From: Dehalococcoidia bacterium
Lineage (GTDB): Bacteria > Chloroflexota > Dehalococcoidia > DSTF01 > JACRBR01
Length of the DNA: 47,094 nucleotides
Direction: 5' to 3'
NCBI GenBank assembly: GCA_041494685.1
Contig: JBGQBE010000022.1
Coordinates: 1 to 47,094 of the forward strand
Each line of letters begins with the position of its first letter. Position 1 is the stretch's first letter. The translations under genes were made by a program, and so were the position numbers. Under the pieces are notes generated by a model. That model had not been told where the DNA came from, did no database searches, and was given only the letters and a program-made list of their open reading frames with translations. This document shows positions 1 to 9,636 of this stretch, piece after piece.

Positions 1-142
1 CGGACGTGGTGCCTGCGGCGCTGCGCGCGCCGGCGATGGCAGCGGCTGGTTAGCGGGATGCAACACAGATGCATCTGTGTTGCATCCCGCTAACCAGCCG
101 CTGCCATCGCCGGCGCGCGCAGCGCCGCAGGCACCACGTCCG
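1..142. repeat. Perfect 142-bp palindrome with no loop at the window start
   Basis: Base i pairs with base 143-i throughout; the centre is ...CACAGATG|CATCTGTG... at 71/72. Bases 1-53 are the reverse complement of the end of the 90..1424 gene. Confidence 0.95.
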
Positions 143-1424
143 CAACCTCCAGCGCCGACACCAGCGCGCCCTGCGCCAGCGCGTAGCCGGTGTCGCGGCC
201 GTCGCCCGCGAAGTAGAGGTTCTCCACCACCGACGACCGCGGCGGCACGCGCGCGCCGCCCTGCTGCTCAGGCGTCTCTCGCGCGGGCGACACGCGCGCG
301 CTCGGCAGCTCGCGCCGCACGGTAGCAGCCTCGCGCCAGCCCGCGAAGTAGCGGTCCAGCCCCGCCTCCAGGTCCGTGCGCCGCGCGGCGATGCCCGCGT
401 CGGTCGCCGCGTCTTCCGGCGAGAGGTATGCCATCGCGTGCAGCATCTGGCCGCCCGCCGGCGCGAGGTCCGGCGCGATGGCCGAATGGATGCTGAAGTA
501 CAGGTCGTGCTCCATGTCGAACACCGCCGTCAGGTCGTCCCGCAACACGCGCTCGAACCCCAGGTCGATGCACAGCGCGCGCACGTCCTGCAGCCCCGAC
601 CAGCGCGCCAGCTCCGCCGCCAGCGGCGACCCCGCCGCGGCGATCGACGGCGCGTCCTGCGGCGCCAGCGTGCACACGAAGGCGGCCGCCTCGTACCGCC
701 GCCCACCGGCGATCGCCGCGGTCACGCGTCCGCCGTCCGTCTCCAGCCGTTCGACGCCGGCGCCCGTCACCAGCTCGCCGCCGGCCGCGCGGAGCGACTC
801 GATGAAGCCGCCGTAGATCGCCCCCCAGCCGCCGCTCACGTACCCCACGTAGTCCTTCGCGAACAGGTGCCGCTGCAGGTGGCCGATGGCGAAGCGCGCG
901 CTCAGATCCTCCGGGTTGCGCGTGTACGTGTTGACGGTGATCAGCATCCGCAGAAAGCGCGTCAGCTCCGCGTCGCCGCCCGCCTGCTCGCGCAGCCACG
1001 CGCCCACCGTCATCTCGCCCAGCATTTCAGACTTCGCGCCGCGCAGGCCCAGCATGACCTGCCCGAGCCGCACCTTCGTCTTCAACGAGAACAACTTCGT
1101 CGTCAGCACCTGGTGCGTCTTGTCGCCGATTACCGCGAATCGGCGCCCGCCCGCCCAGTACGTGCGCATCGCGTCCGGCGCGCCCCACGCGATCACCGGC
1201 CGGCCGAGGCGGCGCAGCACGTCGCCCAGCGGCCCGCTGTCCGGGCGGTACATCGCGTGCGGGCCGTAGTTCAGCGTGAAACCCTGCTCCATGTAGGTGT
1301 AGGCGCGCCCGCCCGGCCGGTTGCCCTTCTCCAGCACCGCCACGCGCAGCCCCTGCTTCGCCAGGAGCGCGCCGCTCGCCAGCCCCGCCATGCCGCCGCC
1401 GATCACGATCACGTCCGTCTTCAT
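90..1424 (-). CDS. FAD-dependent oxidoreductase, phytoene dehydrogenase-like
   Basis: N-terminal Rossmann motif VIVIGGGMAGL...E..PGGRA, then GFTLNYGPH and C-terminal NLYFAGD; GGAGG RBS. Confidence 0.85.
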   Translation of the reverse strand: MKTDVIVIGGGMAGLASGALLAKQGLRVAVLEKGNRPGGRAYTYMEQGFTLNYGPHAMYRPDSGPLGDVLRRLGRPVIAWGAPDAMRTYWAGGRRFAVIGDKTHQVLTTKLFSLKTKVRLGQVMLGLRGAKSEMLGEMTVGAWLREQAGGDAELTRFLRMLITVNTYTRNPEDLSARFAIGHLQRHLFAKDYVGYVSGGWGAIYGGFIESLRAAGGELVTGAGVERLETDGGRVTAAIAGGRRYEAAAFVCTLAPQDAPSIAAAGSPLAAELARWSGLQDVRALCIDLGFERVLRDDLTAVFDMEHDLYFSIHSAIAPDLAPAGGQMLHAMAYLSPEDAATDAGIAARRTDLEAGLDRYFAGWREAATVRRELPSARVSPARETPEQQGGARVPPRSSVVENLYFAGDGRDTGYALAQGALVSALEVADVVPAALRAPAMAAAG

Positions 1425-1527
1425 CGCACCCTCCGATCTGCTCCGGCCGTGCGCCGCCCGCCCGCGCGCGCCATGCCGGCACCCGCGCCCTGCGACGCTC
1501 CCTCTTGCCCCTGGAATCAGTACCGCG

Positions 1528-1824
1528 TTAGCGCTGCGGCGGCCGCCCGAACACGGCCTCGACGATTACGTCCGTCCCGCTGCGCTCGTACGCCTCGTCC
1601 GCGAGCGCGCGCGTGAAGTCCATGTACACACCGCCGGGCGTGCCGGGCGTCAGCGCCGCCCTGCTGTTCGCCCGGACGAAGCGCACCGTCCGCAGCAGCG
1701 CCCGATGCTCCGCCGCGCACGCCTCGCACGCGGCCAGGTGCGACTCCACCGCGGCGCGCGCGCCCTCCGCCAGCTCGCCGTCGATCAGGTCGGACAGCAG
1801 CTCCTGGATCTGCTCACACGTCAT
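1528..1824 (-). CDS. Soluble zinc-binding anti-sigma factor (zf-HC2)
   Basis: MTCEQIQELLSDLIDGEL...HLAACEAC (HxxxCxxC); its start overlaps the sigma factor stop (ATGA). Confidence 0.85.
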   Translation of the reverse strand: MTCEQIQELLSDLIDGELAEGARAAVESHLAACEACAAEHRALLRTVRFVRANSRAALTPGTPGGVYMDFTRALADEAYERSGTDVIVEAVFGRPPQR

Positions 1825-2492
1825 CGCGCACGCTCCTTCGGCCCGCCGCCGCGCTGGACGCGCCCCGCGGCGAGACAGCCGTCACACTCGTTCTGCTCGT
1901 CCACCAGCGCGCAGTGCTTCGCGAACACGTCGGTCATCGTCTTGCGCGCGCGGTGCAGCTCCGTCTTCACCGCCGCCACCGACGCGTTCATCGACTTCGC
2001 CGCCTCCTCGCGCGACAGCCCCACCTGGTCGCAGAGCACCAGCGCGGCGCGCTGCTTCGCCGGCAGCGACATGGCGACGCAGTTCACGCAGGTCGCGGCG
2101 ACTTCCTTCACCTCCGCCGCGCGCTCCGGGGAGAGGTAGAGCGTCTGCTCCATCTGCCGCACCAGCTCGCCGTTCTCGCGGAACCACTTCCAGCGGCTCT
2201 CCAGGTCCCACGGCTTCTTGCCGCGCTGGTGGTCCAGGCAGGCGTTCGTCGCGATGCGGAACAGCCACGTCGAAAGCGACGCCCGCAACTCGAACTCGGC
2301 GATGTGCGTGTACGCCTTGAGCAGCGTCTCCTGCACCAGATCTTCTGCCTCTTCGGGCGAACCGGTCATCTTGAAACACAGGCGCAGCAGCCCGGCGCGA
2401 TGCTCTTCGGCCAGGAGCCCGAAGGCGTCCTTGTCGCCGGACCTCGCGCGCTCCAGGAGCGCCATGCCAGGTGCCGTCCCTCGCTGCTCCAT
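1821..2492 (-). CDS. ECF RNA polymerase sigma-70 factor with extra Cys motifs
   Basis: Region 2 AEDLVQETLLKAY...STWLFRIATNACLD; region 4 LPAKQRAALVL...VKTELHRAR. Confidence 0.92.
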   Translation of the reverse strand: MEQRGTAPGMALLERARSGDKDAFGLLAEEHRAGLLRLCFKMTGSPEEAEDLVQETLLKAYTHIAEFELRASLSTWLFRIATNACLDHQRGKKPWDLESRWKWFRENGELVRQMEQTLYLSPERAAEVKEVAATCVNCVAMSLPAKQRAALVLCDQVGLSREEAAKSMNASVAAVKTELHRARKTMTDVFAKHCALVDEQNECDGCLAAGRVQRGGGPKERAR

Positions 2493-2519
2493 CGTCTGTC
2501 CTGTGCCCCTTTCACTCCG

Positions 2520-2549
2520 TTAGACGGAGCCGGACACGAAAAGGTTACA
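2520..2549 (-). promoter_or_regulatory. ECF-type promoter, probably autoregulatory: TGTAACC-N16-CGTCTAA
   Basis: Minus strand reads TGTAACC ttttcgtgtccggctc CGTCTAA about 28 nt upstream of the sigma ATG; matches the AAC/CGT signature of ECF promoters. Confidence 0.7.
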
Positions 2550-2723
2550 ACCGCCGCCGATCCCGCTGGCGGGCCTGTGCCTGTAAAGGAAGCGAACGCT
2601 ACCCCTCCTGCCACCCGGCGTCAGCAGTCTTCCGCTCCGCCCGCGGGAACCGTCCTCCGGCCATCCTGAACCCCCCCTCGGCGCCTCGGCGTCCCTGCGC
2701 CCCAAGCCGTACACTGGAGCACC

Positions 2724-5700
2724 ATGGACGCTCTGCAGCACTTCCACCCCGCCGTCCGCGCGTGGTTCGAGCGGCGCTTCGACGCCGCTACCGACGCCCA
2801 GGCACGCGGCTGGGATGCGATCGCGCAGGGCCGCGACGCCCTGATCGCCGCCCCCACCGGCTCCGGCAAGACGCTCACAGCGTTCCTCTACAGCATCGAT
2901 AGCCTGCTACGCCGCGGCCTCGACGGCGCGCTGCCGGACGGCATCGACGTCGTCTACGTCTCGCCGCTGAAAGCGCTGAGCGGCGACATCCAGCGCAACC
3001 TGGAGGAGCCGCTCGCCGGCATCCGCGACGCCGCGCGCGAGCTGGGCTTCGCGGCGCCGGAGATCCGCACCGCGCTGCGCACGGGCGACACGACGCCGTC
3101 CGCGCGTGCCGCGATCCTTCGCCACGCGCCGCACATCCTCATCACTACGCCCGAGTCGCTCTACCTCATGCTCACCGCCGAGCGCAGCCGCGCGCTGCTG
3201 CGCAACGTCCGCACCGTCATCGTCGACGAGCTGCACGCGCTGATGCGCGACAAGCGCGGCAGCCACCTCGCGCTTTCGCTCGCCCGCCTCGACGCGCTGT
3301 GCGAGCAGCGGCCGCTGCGCATCGGCCTTTCCGCCACGGTCCATCCGATCGAAGAGGCGGCGCGCTTCCTCGTGGGAGGCGGCCGTGACGACGAGCACGG
3401 GGCGCCGCGCTGCACCGTCGTCAACGTCGGCCACCGCCGCGATCTCGACCTGCTGGTCGAGGTGCCGCCGACAGACCTGGGCGCGGTCGCCACGCACGAG
3501 CAGTGGGGCGAGATCTACGACCGCCTAGCGGAGCACATCGCCGAGCACCGCACGACGCTCGTCTTCGTCAACACGCGGCGCATGGCGGAGCGCGTGGCGC
3601 ACAACCTGGGCGAGCGCCTGGGCGGGGAGCACGTCGCCGCCCACCACGGCAGCCTGTCGAAGGACCGCCGCCTGCGCATCGAGCAGCGCCTCAAGGCCGG
3701 CGAGATGCGCGCGATCGTCGCCACGGCGTCGCTGGAACTGGGCATCGACGTCGGCTCGGTCGATCTCGTGTGCCAGATCGGCTCGCCGCGCGCGATCACC
3801 ACGTTCCTGCAGCGCATCGGCCGCTCCGGCCACGCGCTCGGGCGCACGTCGCGCGGCCGCCTCTTCGCCACCTCGCGCGACGAGCTCATGGAGTGCGCCG
3901 CGCTCGTGCGCGCCGTCCACGCGGGCCGCCTCGACCGCGTCGAGCCGCCGGTCGCGCCGCTCGACATCCTGGCGCAGCAGATCGTCGCGGAGTGCGCGAC
4001 GCGCGACTGGGACGAGGACGCGCTCTACGACCTGGTGCGCACCGCCGCGCCGTACGCCGCGCTCGCCCGCGCCGACTTCGACGACGTGGTCGAGATGCTG
4101 AGCGAGGGCGTCGCGCCGCGCATCGGCCGCGGCCCGGCGCTGTTGCACCGCGACCGCATCAACCGCACGCTCCGCGGCCGCCGTGCCGCGCGCATCACCG
4201 CGCTCACCGCCGGCGGCGCGATCCCGGAGGTCGCCGACTATCGCGTCGTGCTCGACCCCGACGAGACGTTCATCGGCACCGTGAACGAAGACTGGGCGGT
4301 CGAGAGCATGGCGGGCGACATCTTCCTGCTGGGGTCGCACGCGTGGAAGATCCGCCGCGTCGAATCGGCGCGCGGCATCCTCCGCGTCGAGGACGCGCAG
4401 GGCCGGCCGCCCAGCGTCCCGTTCTGGCTGGGCGAAGCGCCCGCACGCACGTGGGAGCTTTCGGAGGAGGTCAGTCGCCTGCGGCGCGACCTCGCCGCCC
4501 GGCTCGACGGCTCCGACGCCGCTGGCTGGCTGGCCGAGGAAGCATCGCTGCCCCGCGCCGCCGCGCTCCAACTCGTCGAGTACGTCGCCGCGCAACGCGC
4601 CGCTCTAGGCGTCGTGCCGTCGGACACCGACGTCGTGTTCGAGCGCTTCTTCGACGACGCGGGCGGTATGCAACTCGTCGTGCACGCGCCCTTCGGCGGG
4701 CGCGTGAACCGCGGCTTCGGGCTGGCGCTGCGCAAGCGCTTCTGCGTGAACTTCGACTTCGAACTGCAGGCCGCCGCGACGGACGACGCCGTCGTGCTCA
4801 GCATGGGACCGCAGCACAGCTTCCCGCTGGAGGACGCGTTCTCGTTCGTGCGCGCCAGCGTCCTGCGCGAGTCGCTGGAGCAGGCGATGCTCGTCGCGCC
4901 GATGTTCGGCGCCCGCTGGCGCTGGAACGCGACGCGCGCGCTCGCCGTGCTGCGCCAGCAGGCCGGCAAGAAGGTGCCCGCGCCCATCCAGCGCATGCGG
5001 TCCGACGACCTGCTGGCGGCCGTCTTCCCGGAGCAGGTCGGCTGCCAGGAGAACCTCACCGGCCCGCTGCCCATCCCCGACCACCCGCTGATCCGCCAGA
5101 CCGTGGACGACTGCCTCTTCGAAGCGATGGACTTCGCGCGCCTGTACACCGTCATCGAGCGCATGGAGCGCGGCGAGATCACGCTGCACGCCCGCGACAC
5201 GACCGAGCCGTCGCCGTTCGCGCACGAGATTCTGAACGCGAAGCCCTACGCGTTTCTCGACGACGCGCCGCTCGAGGAGCGCCGCACGCAGGCCGTCTCC
5301 ATGCGCCGCACGCTGCCCGAGAGCCAGCGCAATCTCGGCGCGCTGGACGCCGCCGCGATCGACCGCGTGCGCGACGACGCGCGCCCGGAGCCGCGCGACC
5401 CCGACGAGCTGCACGACGTCTTGCTCGGCCTGGTCGTCGCGCGCGAGACGCCGGCCTGGCGGGACTGGTTCGACGCGCTCGCGGACGCCGGGCGCGCCGC
5501 CGCCGTGCGCACGGCCGCCGGCGCGCTGTGGTTCGCCGCGGAGCACTTGCGCGCGGTCGAAGCGCTCTATCCCGGCGCCGCGATCTCGCCGTCCGTGACG
5601 CTGCCGCCGCACCTCGACGCGCCTCACCCGGAACGCGAGGCCGCCGTGCTCGCGGCTGTGCGCGGCCACATGGAGTACCTGGGCCCCGCCACCGCGGCCG

Positions 5701-7016
5701 GCGTCGCCGCGATGCTTGCCTTCGGCGCGCGCGAAGTCACGTCGGCGATGGCGCGGCTGGAGGGCGAAGGTATCGTCCTGCGCGGGCGCTTCACCCCGGG
5801 CACGGACGAGGAAGAGTGGTGCGACCGGCGTCTGCTCGCGCGCATCCACCGCCTAACGCTCGATCGGCTCCGCAGCGAGATCGAGCCGGTCAGCGCGCAG
5901 GACTTCGTGCGCTATCTCTTCGTGCGCCAGCACGTCGCGGGCGGGCGGCGGCTCGAAGGCAAGCGCGGCTTGCTGGAGGCGATCGCGCAGCTCCAGGGGT
6001 TCGAAGCGGCCGCGGCGTCGTGGGAGCGCGACGTGCTGCCCTCGCGCGTCATCAACTACAACCCGCAGTGGCTCGACGAGCTCTGTCTCGCCGGCGACGC
6101 GGCCTGGGGCCGGCTCTCGCTGCGCAAGGGCAACGTCGCGCGCGGCGTGTCGCCGTCGCGCGCGACGCCGATCACGCTGGCACTGCGGCGCGACCTCGGC
6201 TGGCTGCTGGAGTCGGTGCGCGGCACGCAGGCGCCCGATGATCCGCAGACCGGCGCCGCAGCCGCCACGCTCGAAGCGTTGCGCGCGCACGGCGCCCTGT
6301 TCTTCGACGACCTCGCCGCGGCGACGCGGCAGTTGCCGTCCCAGCTCGAAGAGGCGCTCTGGGATCTCGTGTCGCGCGGCATCGTCACGGGCGACGGCTT
6401 CCAGTCGCTGCGGCAGATCATGACGCCCGCAGGATCGGCGCGGGCACGCAGCGCGCGCCGGCACGCGCGCTACGCCGGCGCGCGCCTTCCCCGCGCGACG
6501 CAGCCGCAGGGGCGCTGGTCGATCCTCCACCGCTTCCAGCCGGAAGCGTCACCGGCGGACGAACTCGCCCAGTCGGTCGCGATGCAGCTGCTCGCCCGTT
6601 ACGGCGTCGTCTTCCGCGATCTCGTCGCGCGCGAGAGCTTCGCCGTGCCCTGGCGCGACGTGCTCCGGGCGCTGCGCCGCCAGGAGGCGCGCGGCATCGT
6701 GCGCGGCGGCCGCTTCGTGGCCGGCTTCATGGGCGAGCAGTACGCCATGCCGGACGCGGTGGACGGCCTGCGCCGGGTGCGGCGCGAAGATCGCGGGGGC
6801 GAACTGGTGCGCGTCAGCGCCGCCGACCCGCTGAACCTCGCGGGCGTCATCGTGCCCGGCCCGCGGGTACCGTCGCTGCACACCAACGCCCTGCTCTACC
6901 GCGACGGCCTGCTCGTGGCCGTCGAAGAGGGCAAGGGTCTGACCCCGCGCGGCGAGGCGGGCGAAGCCGCGTTGCGAGAGATAGCGTCAGACCGCCACGC
7001 GGCCCTGTCGAACTGA
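2724..7016 (+). CDS. lhr: ATP-dependent DEAD/DEAH helicase Lhr, long form with C-terminal winged-helix/AlkZ-like domain
   Basis: APTGSGKT, YVSPLKAL, DELH, GLSATV, SLELGID, QRIGRSGH, PFWLGE and C-terminal RGGRFVAGFMGEQYA; 1430 aa. Confidence 0.92.
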   Translation: MDALQHFHPAVRAWFERRFDAATDAQARGWDAIAQGRDALIAAPTGSGKTLTAFLYSIDSLLRRGLDGALPDGIDVVYVSPLKALSGDIQRNLEEPLAGIRDAARELGFAAPEIRTALRTGDTTPSARAAILRHAPHILITTPESLYLMLTAERSRALLRNVRTVIVDELHALMRDKRGSHLALSLARLDALCEQRPLRIGLSATVHPIEEAARFLVGGGRDDEHGAPRCTVVNVGHRRDLDLLVEVPPTDLGAVATHEQWGEIYDRLAEHIAEHRTTLVFVNTRRMAERVAHNLGERLGGEHVAAHHGSLSKDRRLRIEQRLKAGEMRAIVATASLELGIDVGSVDLVCQIGSPRAITTFLQRIGRSGHALGRTSRGRLFATSRDELMECAALVRAVHAGRLDRVEPPVAPLDILAQQIVAECATRDWDEDALYDLVRTAAPYAALARADFDDVVEMLSEGVAPRIGRGPALLHRDRINRTLRGRRAARITALTAGGAIPEVADYRVVLDPDETFIGTVNEDWAVESMAGDIFLLGSHAWKIRRVESARGILRVEDAQGRPPSVPFWLGEAPARTWELSEEVSRLRRDLAARLDGSDAAGWLAEEASLPRAAALQLVEYVAAQRAALGVVPSDTDVVFERFFDDAGGMQLVVHAPFGGRVNRGFGLALRKRFCVNFDFELQAAATDDAVVLSMGPQHSFPLEDAFSFVRASVLRESLEQAMLVAPMFGARWRWNATRALAVLRQQAGKKVPAPIQRMRSDDLLAAVFPEQVGCQENLTGPLPIPDHPLIRQTVDDCLFEAMDFARLYTVIERMERGEITLHARDTTEPSPFAHEILNAKPYAFLDDAPLEERRTQAVSMRRTLPESQRNLGALDAAAIDRVRDDARPEPRDPDELHDVLLGLVVARETPAWRDWFDALADAGRAAAVRTAAGALWFAAEHLRAVEALYPGAAISPSVTLPPHLDAPHPEREAAVLAAVRGHMEYLGPATAAGVAAMLAFGAREVTSAMARLEGEGIVLRGRFTPGTDEEEWCDRRLLARIHRLTLDRLRSEIEPVSAQDFVRYLFVRQHVAGGRRLEGKRGLLEAIAQLQGFEAAAASWERDVLPSRVINYNPQWLDELCLAGDAAWGRLSLRKGNVARGVSPSRATPITLALRRDLGWLLESVRGTQAPDDPQTGAAAATLEALRAHGALFFDDLAAATRQLPSQLEEALWDLVSRGIVTGDGFQSLRQIMTPAGSARARSARRHARYAGARLPRATQPQGRWSILHRFQPEASPADELAQSVAMQLLARYGVVFRDLVARESFAVPWRDVLRALRRQEARGIVRGGRFVAGFMGEQYAMPDAVDGLRRVRREDRGGELVRVSAADPLNLAGVIVPGPRVPSLHTNALLYRDGLLVAVEEGKGLTPRGEAGEAALREIASDRHAALSN

Positions 7017-7193
7017 AGCACTCTCGACCTATATCCTCCGGCCCGTATCCTCCGGCCCCGGAGTCAAGCCAGACAGCCCTTGACGTATGGATCACCACGC
7101 CCCGTTCCGAGTATGCTATGGGGCAGGCCGCCGGTGCGGCCCGACCTTAGCAAGCGCTTGCATAGATAACTGACACCCACAGGAGGACCGCCG

Positions 7194-8282
7194 ATGGCCA
7201 TGCAACAGGACATCCTTGATCAGCTCCGCAAGGAGCCGGGGGGCGAAGATCTCGATCTGAGCTGGCTGGACCAGCCGCTCGCGGAGCGTGGTCTCCGGGT
7301 CGCCCCGGGCAAGCGCGGCCTCACGCTGGAGGAGCTGCAGACCTCCTCCTACGGCGACATCCCGTCCTCCACCACGAACCAGAGCGGCCGCCTCCGCGGC
7401 TCCGCCCCGCGCAGCGACTCGCAGCGCACGCAGCAGCTCTGGAACATGAAGTCCGCCACGTGGTCGGAATCCGCCACCCTCCTGTACGAAGAGGCTGTGC
7501 AGCGCCAGTGGTCTTCCGCCACCGATATCCCGTGGGCGGACCTGCCGGACCTGCCTGAAGAGATGGAGCTCGCGATGTCGCAGCTCTGCACCTTCCTCAC
7601 CCAGGTCGAGTTCATCGCCGGCGACGTCCCGGGCAAGTACGCCCCCAACGTCAGCGGCGAGTACTTCGAGGTCGGCCTCTTCCTCGCCTCTCAGATCATG
7701 GACGAGGCGCGCCACCTGGACGTGTTCCGCAAGCGCGCGCTGGCGAACGGCATCGGCCTGCTGAAGGCCGGCCCCGGCGCCATCGGCCTGCTCACGGCGC
7801 AAGACTTCACCGAGATGGCCTCCACGCTGCACCTCGTCGGAGAGGGCTTCGTGCAGTCCATGTTCCGCATGGGCGAGATGTTCGCCCAGAGCGAAGTCGA
7901 CAAGCGCATGTTCCGCCTGGCTGCGCAGGACGAGAGCCGCCACGTCGCCTTCGGCGTCATGCACATGAAGTACGTGATGGAGACCCAGCCGGAGCGCCGC
8001 GACGAGATCCACACCTACCTGGACCGCATGGAAGGCAACCTCGGCGCGGGATCGACGCAGGCCGGACTCACCGGCGGCGGCGAGACGGGCGAGGCGCTGG
8101 CCATCCTGCTGGGCGGCGGCACCACCGAGGCGCAGCTGCGCGAGGGCTATATGAAGCTGCTCGCCATCCGCAAACGCCAGGTCAACGAGTACATGCACCG
8201 GCTTGAGGTCGTCGGCCTCGGCGACCGCCGCCAGCGCATGAACCCGTTCATGGCGATGCTGCTGGACCCGCCGCGGAACTAA
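7194..8282 (+). CDS. Ferritin-like diiron-carboxylate protein with a complete ligand set
   Basis: QVE...DEARH...VGE...DESRH gives the E/ExxH/E/ExxH pattern; AGGAGG RBS. Confidence 0.8.
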   Translation: MAMQQDILDQLRKEPGGEDLDLSWLDQPLAERGLRVAPGKRGLTLEELQTSSYGDIPSSTTNQSGRLRGSAPRSDSQRTQQLWNMKSATWSESATLLYEEAVQRQWSSATDIPWADLPDLPEEMELAMSQLCTFLTQVEFIAGDVPGKYAPNVSGEYFEVGLFLASQIMDEARHLDVFRKRALANGIGLLKAGPGAIGLLTAQDFTEMASTLHLVGEGFVQSMFRMGEMFAQSEVDKRMFRLAAQDESRHVAFGVMHMKYVMETQPERRDEIHTYLDRMEGNLGAGSTQAGLTGGGETGEALAILLGGGTTEAQLREGYMKLLAIRKRQVNEYMHRLEVVGLGDRRQRMNPFMAMLLDPPRN

Positions 8283-8401
8283 CGGCAGCGCGCCGGGCTT
8301 GGGCTCCGGCGCACCTCATCGAGCACTGAGCATCAGGGGCACGGCTATCGTGCCCTTGCGTTCCGCGAAGCGAAGACGCGCCGCGGAAGAAAGCGAATGA
8401 C

Positions 8402-9478
8402 ATGGCAGACGGAGACACACAGACACCAGAACAGGTCGCGCCGGAGATCCCCGGCATCCTCACGCTCCCCGCGCTCGACATGAGCTGGTCGAAGGTGCCG
8501 ACCGAGCGCCCGCCCAAGCCCGTGCTCGGCGCCGAGGGCTTCACCCTGCGCCTGGCCGACCACGGCGCCTACGCCTGGGCGCCCGACCACTGGCCCTACG
8601 AGAACGACACGCCCCGCGGCTCCTTCCCGTCGAAGGACATCGGCCTGCCTGCGCCCTACACAATCTACGACAAACTCGAAGTCTGGGCCGAGAACGCCGC
8701 CGACCTGTACGAGGCTGGCATCCGCGAGCAGTGGAAGCCCTCCACCCAGATCTCGTGGAGCAGCATCGAGCCGCTGGCCGACCACGTCGAGGCGGCGATC
8801 GACCAGATCGCGTCCAACATCTCGGAGCAGGCCTACAACTCCAACCAGGTCCTCATGGGCTGGCTGCAGCAGATCTCCTACGGCTACCACGAAGTCAAGC
8901 TCTACCTGGCCACGCAGGTCTTCGACCACGCCCGCCACGTCGAGGCGTTCCGCAAGCGCGCCCTGGCCAACGGCGGCGGCCTTGGCTTCGAGACGCCGGG
9001 CTTCTTCGGCCGCACCGTGCGCGCCTCGTTCAAGTTCACCGAGCTCGTCTGCTACGTGAACATCATCCGCACGACCTTCCTGCTCGCCGTCTGCGAGATG
9101 GGCGACACGATCGGCCGCTCGCAGGCTGACCGCCAGCTCTTCGAGCTGACGGCCAGCGACCTGCGCCGCCACCTGGCGTACGGCGTCGAGCACCTGCGCT
9201 ACTACCTGCTGAACGGCGGCTCGCAGAAGCGCCGCAACGTCCGCACCTGGCTGGAGCGGGGCGAGATCATGCTGGCCGCCGACCTCAAGCGCGACAAGCC
9301 GCTGCGCGAGGCGTACATCCTGGCGATGGGGAAGACCGTCGCCCAGGGCAAGGAAGGCCTCAAGGCCCTCCGCGATGCCCAGCTCAAGCGCTATTTGCAG
9401 GCGCTGCAGTCGGCCAACTTCGTCGACCACGCCGCGAACGTGAACCCCAGCCTGATGGAGGTCATCAACACACCCTGA
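8402..9478 (+). CDS. Ferritin-like protein, paralog of the upstream gene with degenerate iron ligands
   Basis: Shares LYE..QW and FRKRALANG with the upstream protein, but the motifs read DHARH and DLRRH. Confidence 0.75.
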   Translation: MADGDTQTPEQVAPEIPGILTLPALDMSWSKVPTERPPKPVLGAEGFTLRLADHGAYAWAPDHWPYENDTPRGSFPSKDIGLPAPYTIYDKLEVWAENAADLYEAGIREQWKPSTQISWSSIEPLADHVEAAIDQIASNISEQAYNSNQVLMGWLQQISYGYHEVKLYLATQVFDHARHVEAFRKRALANGGGLGFETPGFFGRTVRASFKFTELVCYVNIIRTTFLLAVCEMGDTIGRSQADRQLFELTASDLRRHLAYGVEHLRYYLLNGGSQKRRNVRTWLERGEIMLAADLKRDKPLREAYILAMGKTVAQGKEGLKALRDAQLKRYLQALQSANFVDHAANVNPSLMEVINTP

Positions 9479-9503
9479 CCGGTGTGCTGCTCGCTGATAC
9501 GCA

Positions 9504-9540
9504 AGGACGGGCCCACGATGTGCGGGCCCGTCCTCTTTCC
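9504..9540 (+). terminator. Intrinsic terminator-like hairpin after the ferritin-like pair
   Basis: AGGACGGGCCC-N9-GGGCCCGTCCT followed by CTTTCC. Confidence 0.6.
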
Positions 9541-9636
9541 CCTAATCGCCCGCCGTGCTCTGATCCACCTGCCCTGGTCGGTGCGCCGATCGCCGCGCGC
9601 TCGCCGCACGCCCCGCACGCCGAAGGAGCCGACGCC

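Noticed and set aside
3503..6241. 912-aa alternate-frame ORF and similar long Arg/Ala/Pro-rich ORFs (e.g. 18900-21299, 21584-24055, 38947-40902)
   Set aside because: They overlap well-supported genes and reflect stop-codon scarcity in high-GC DNA.
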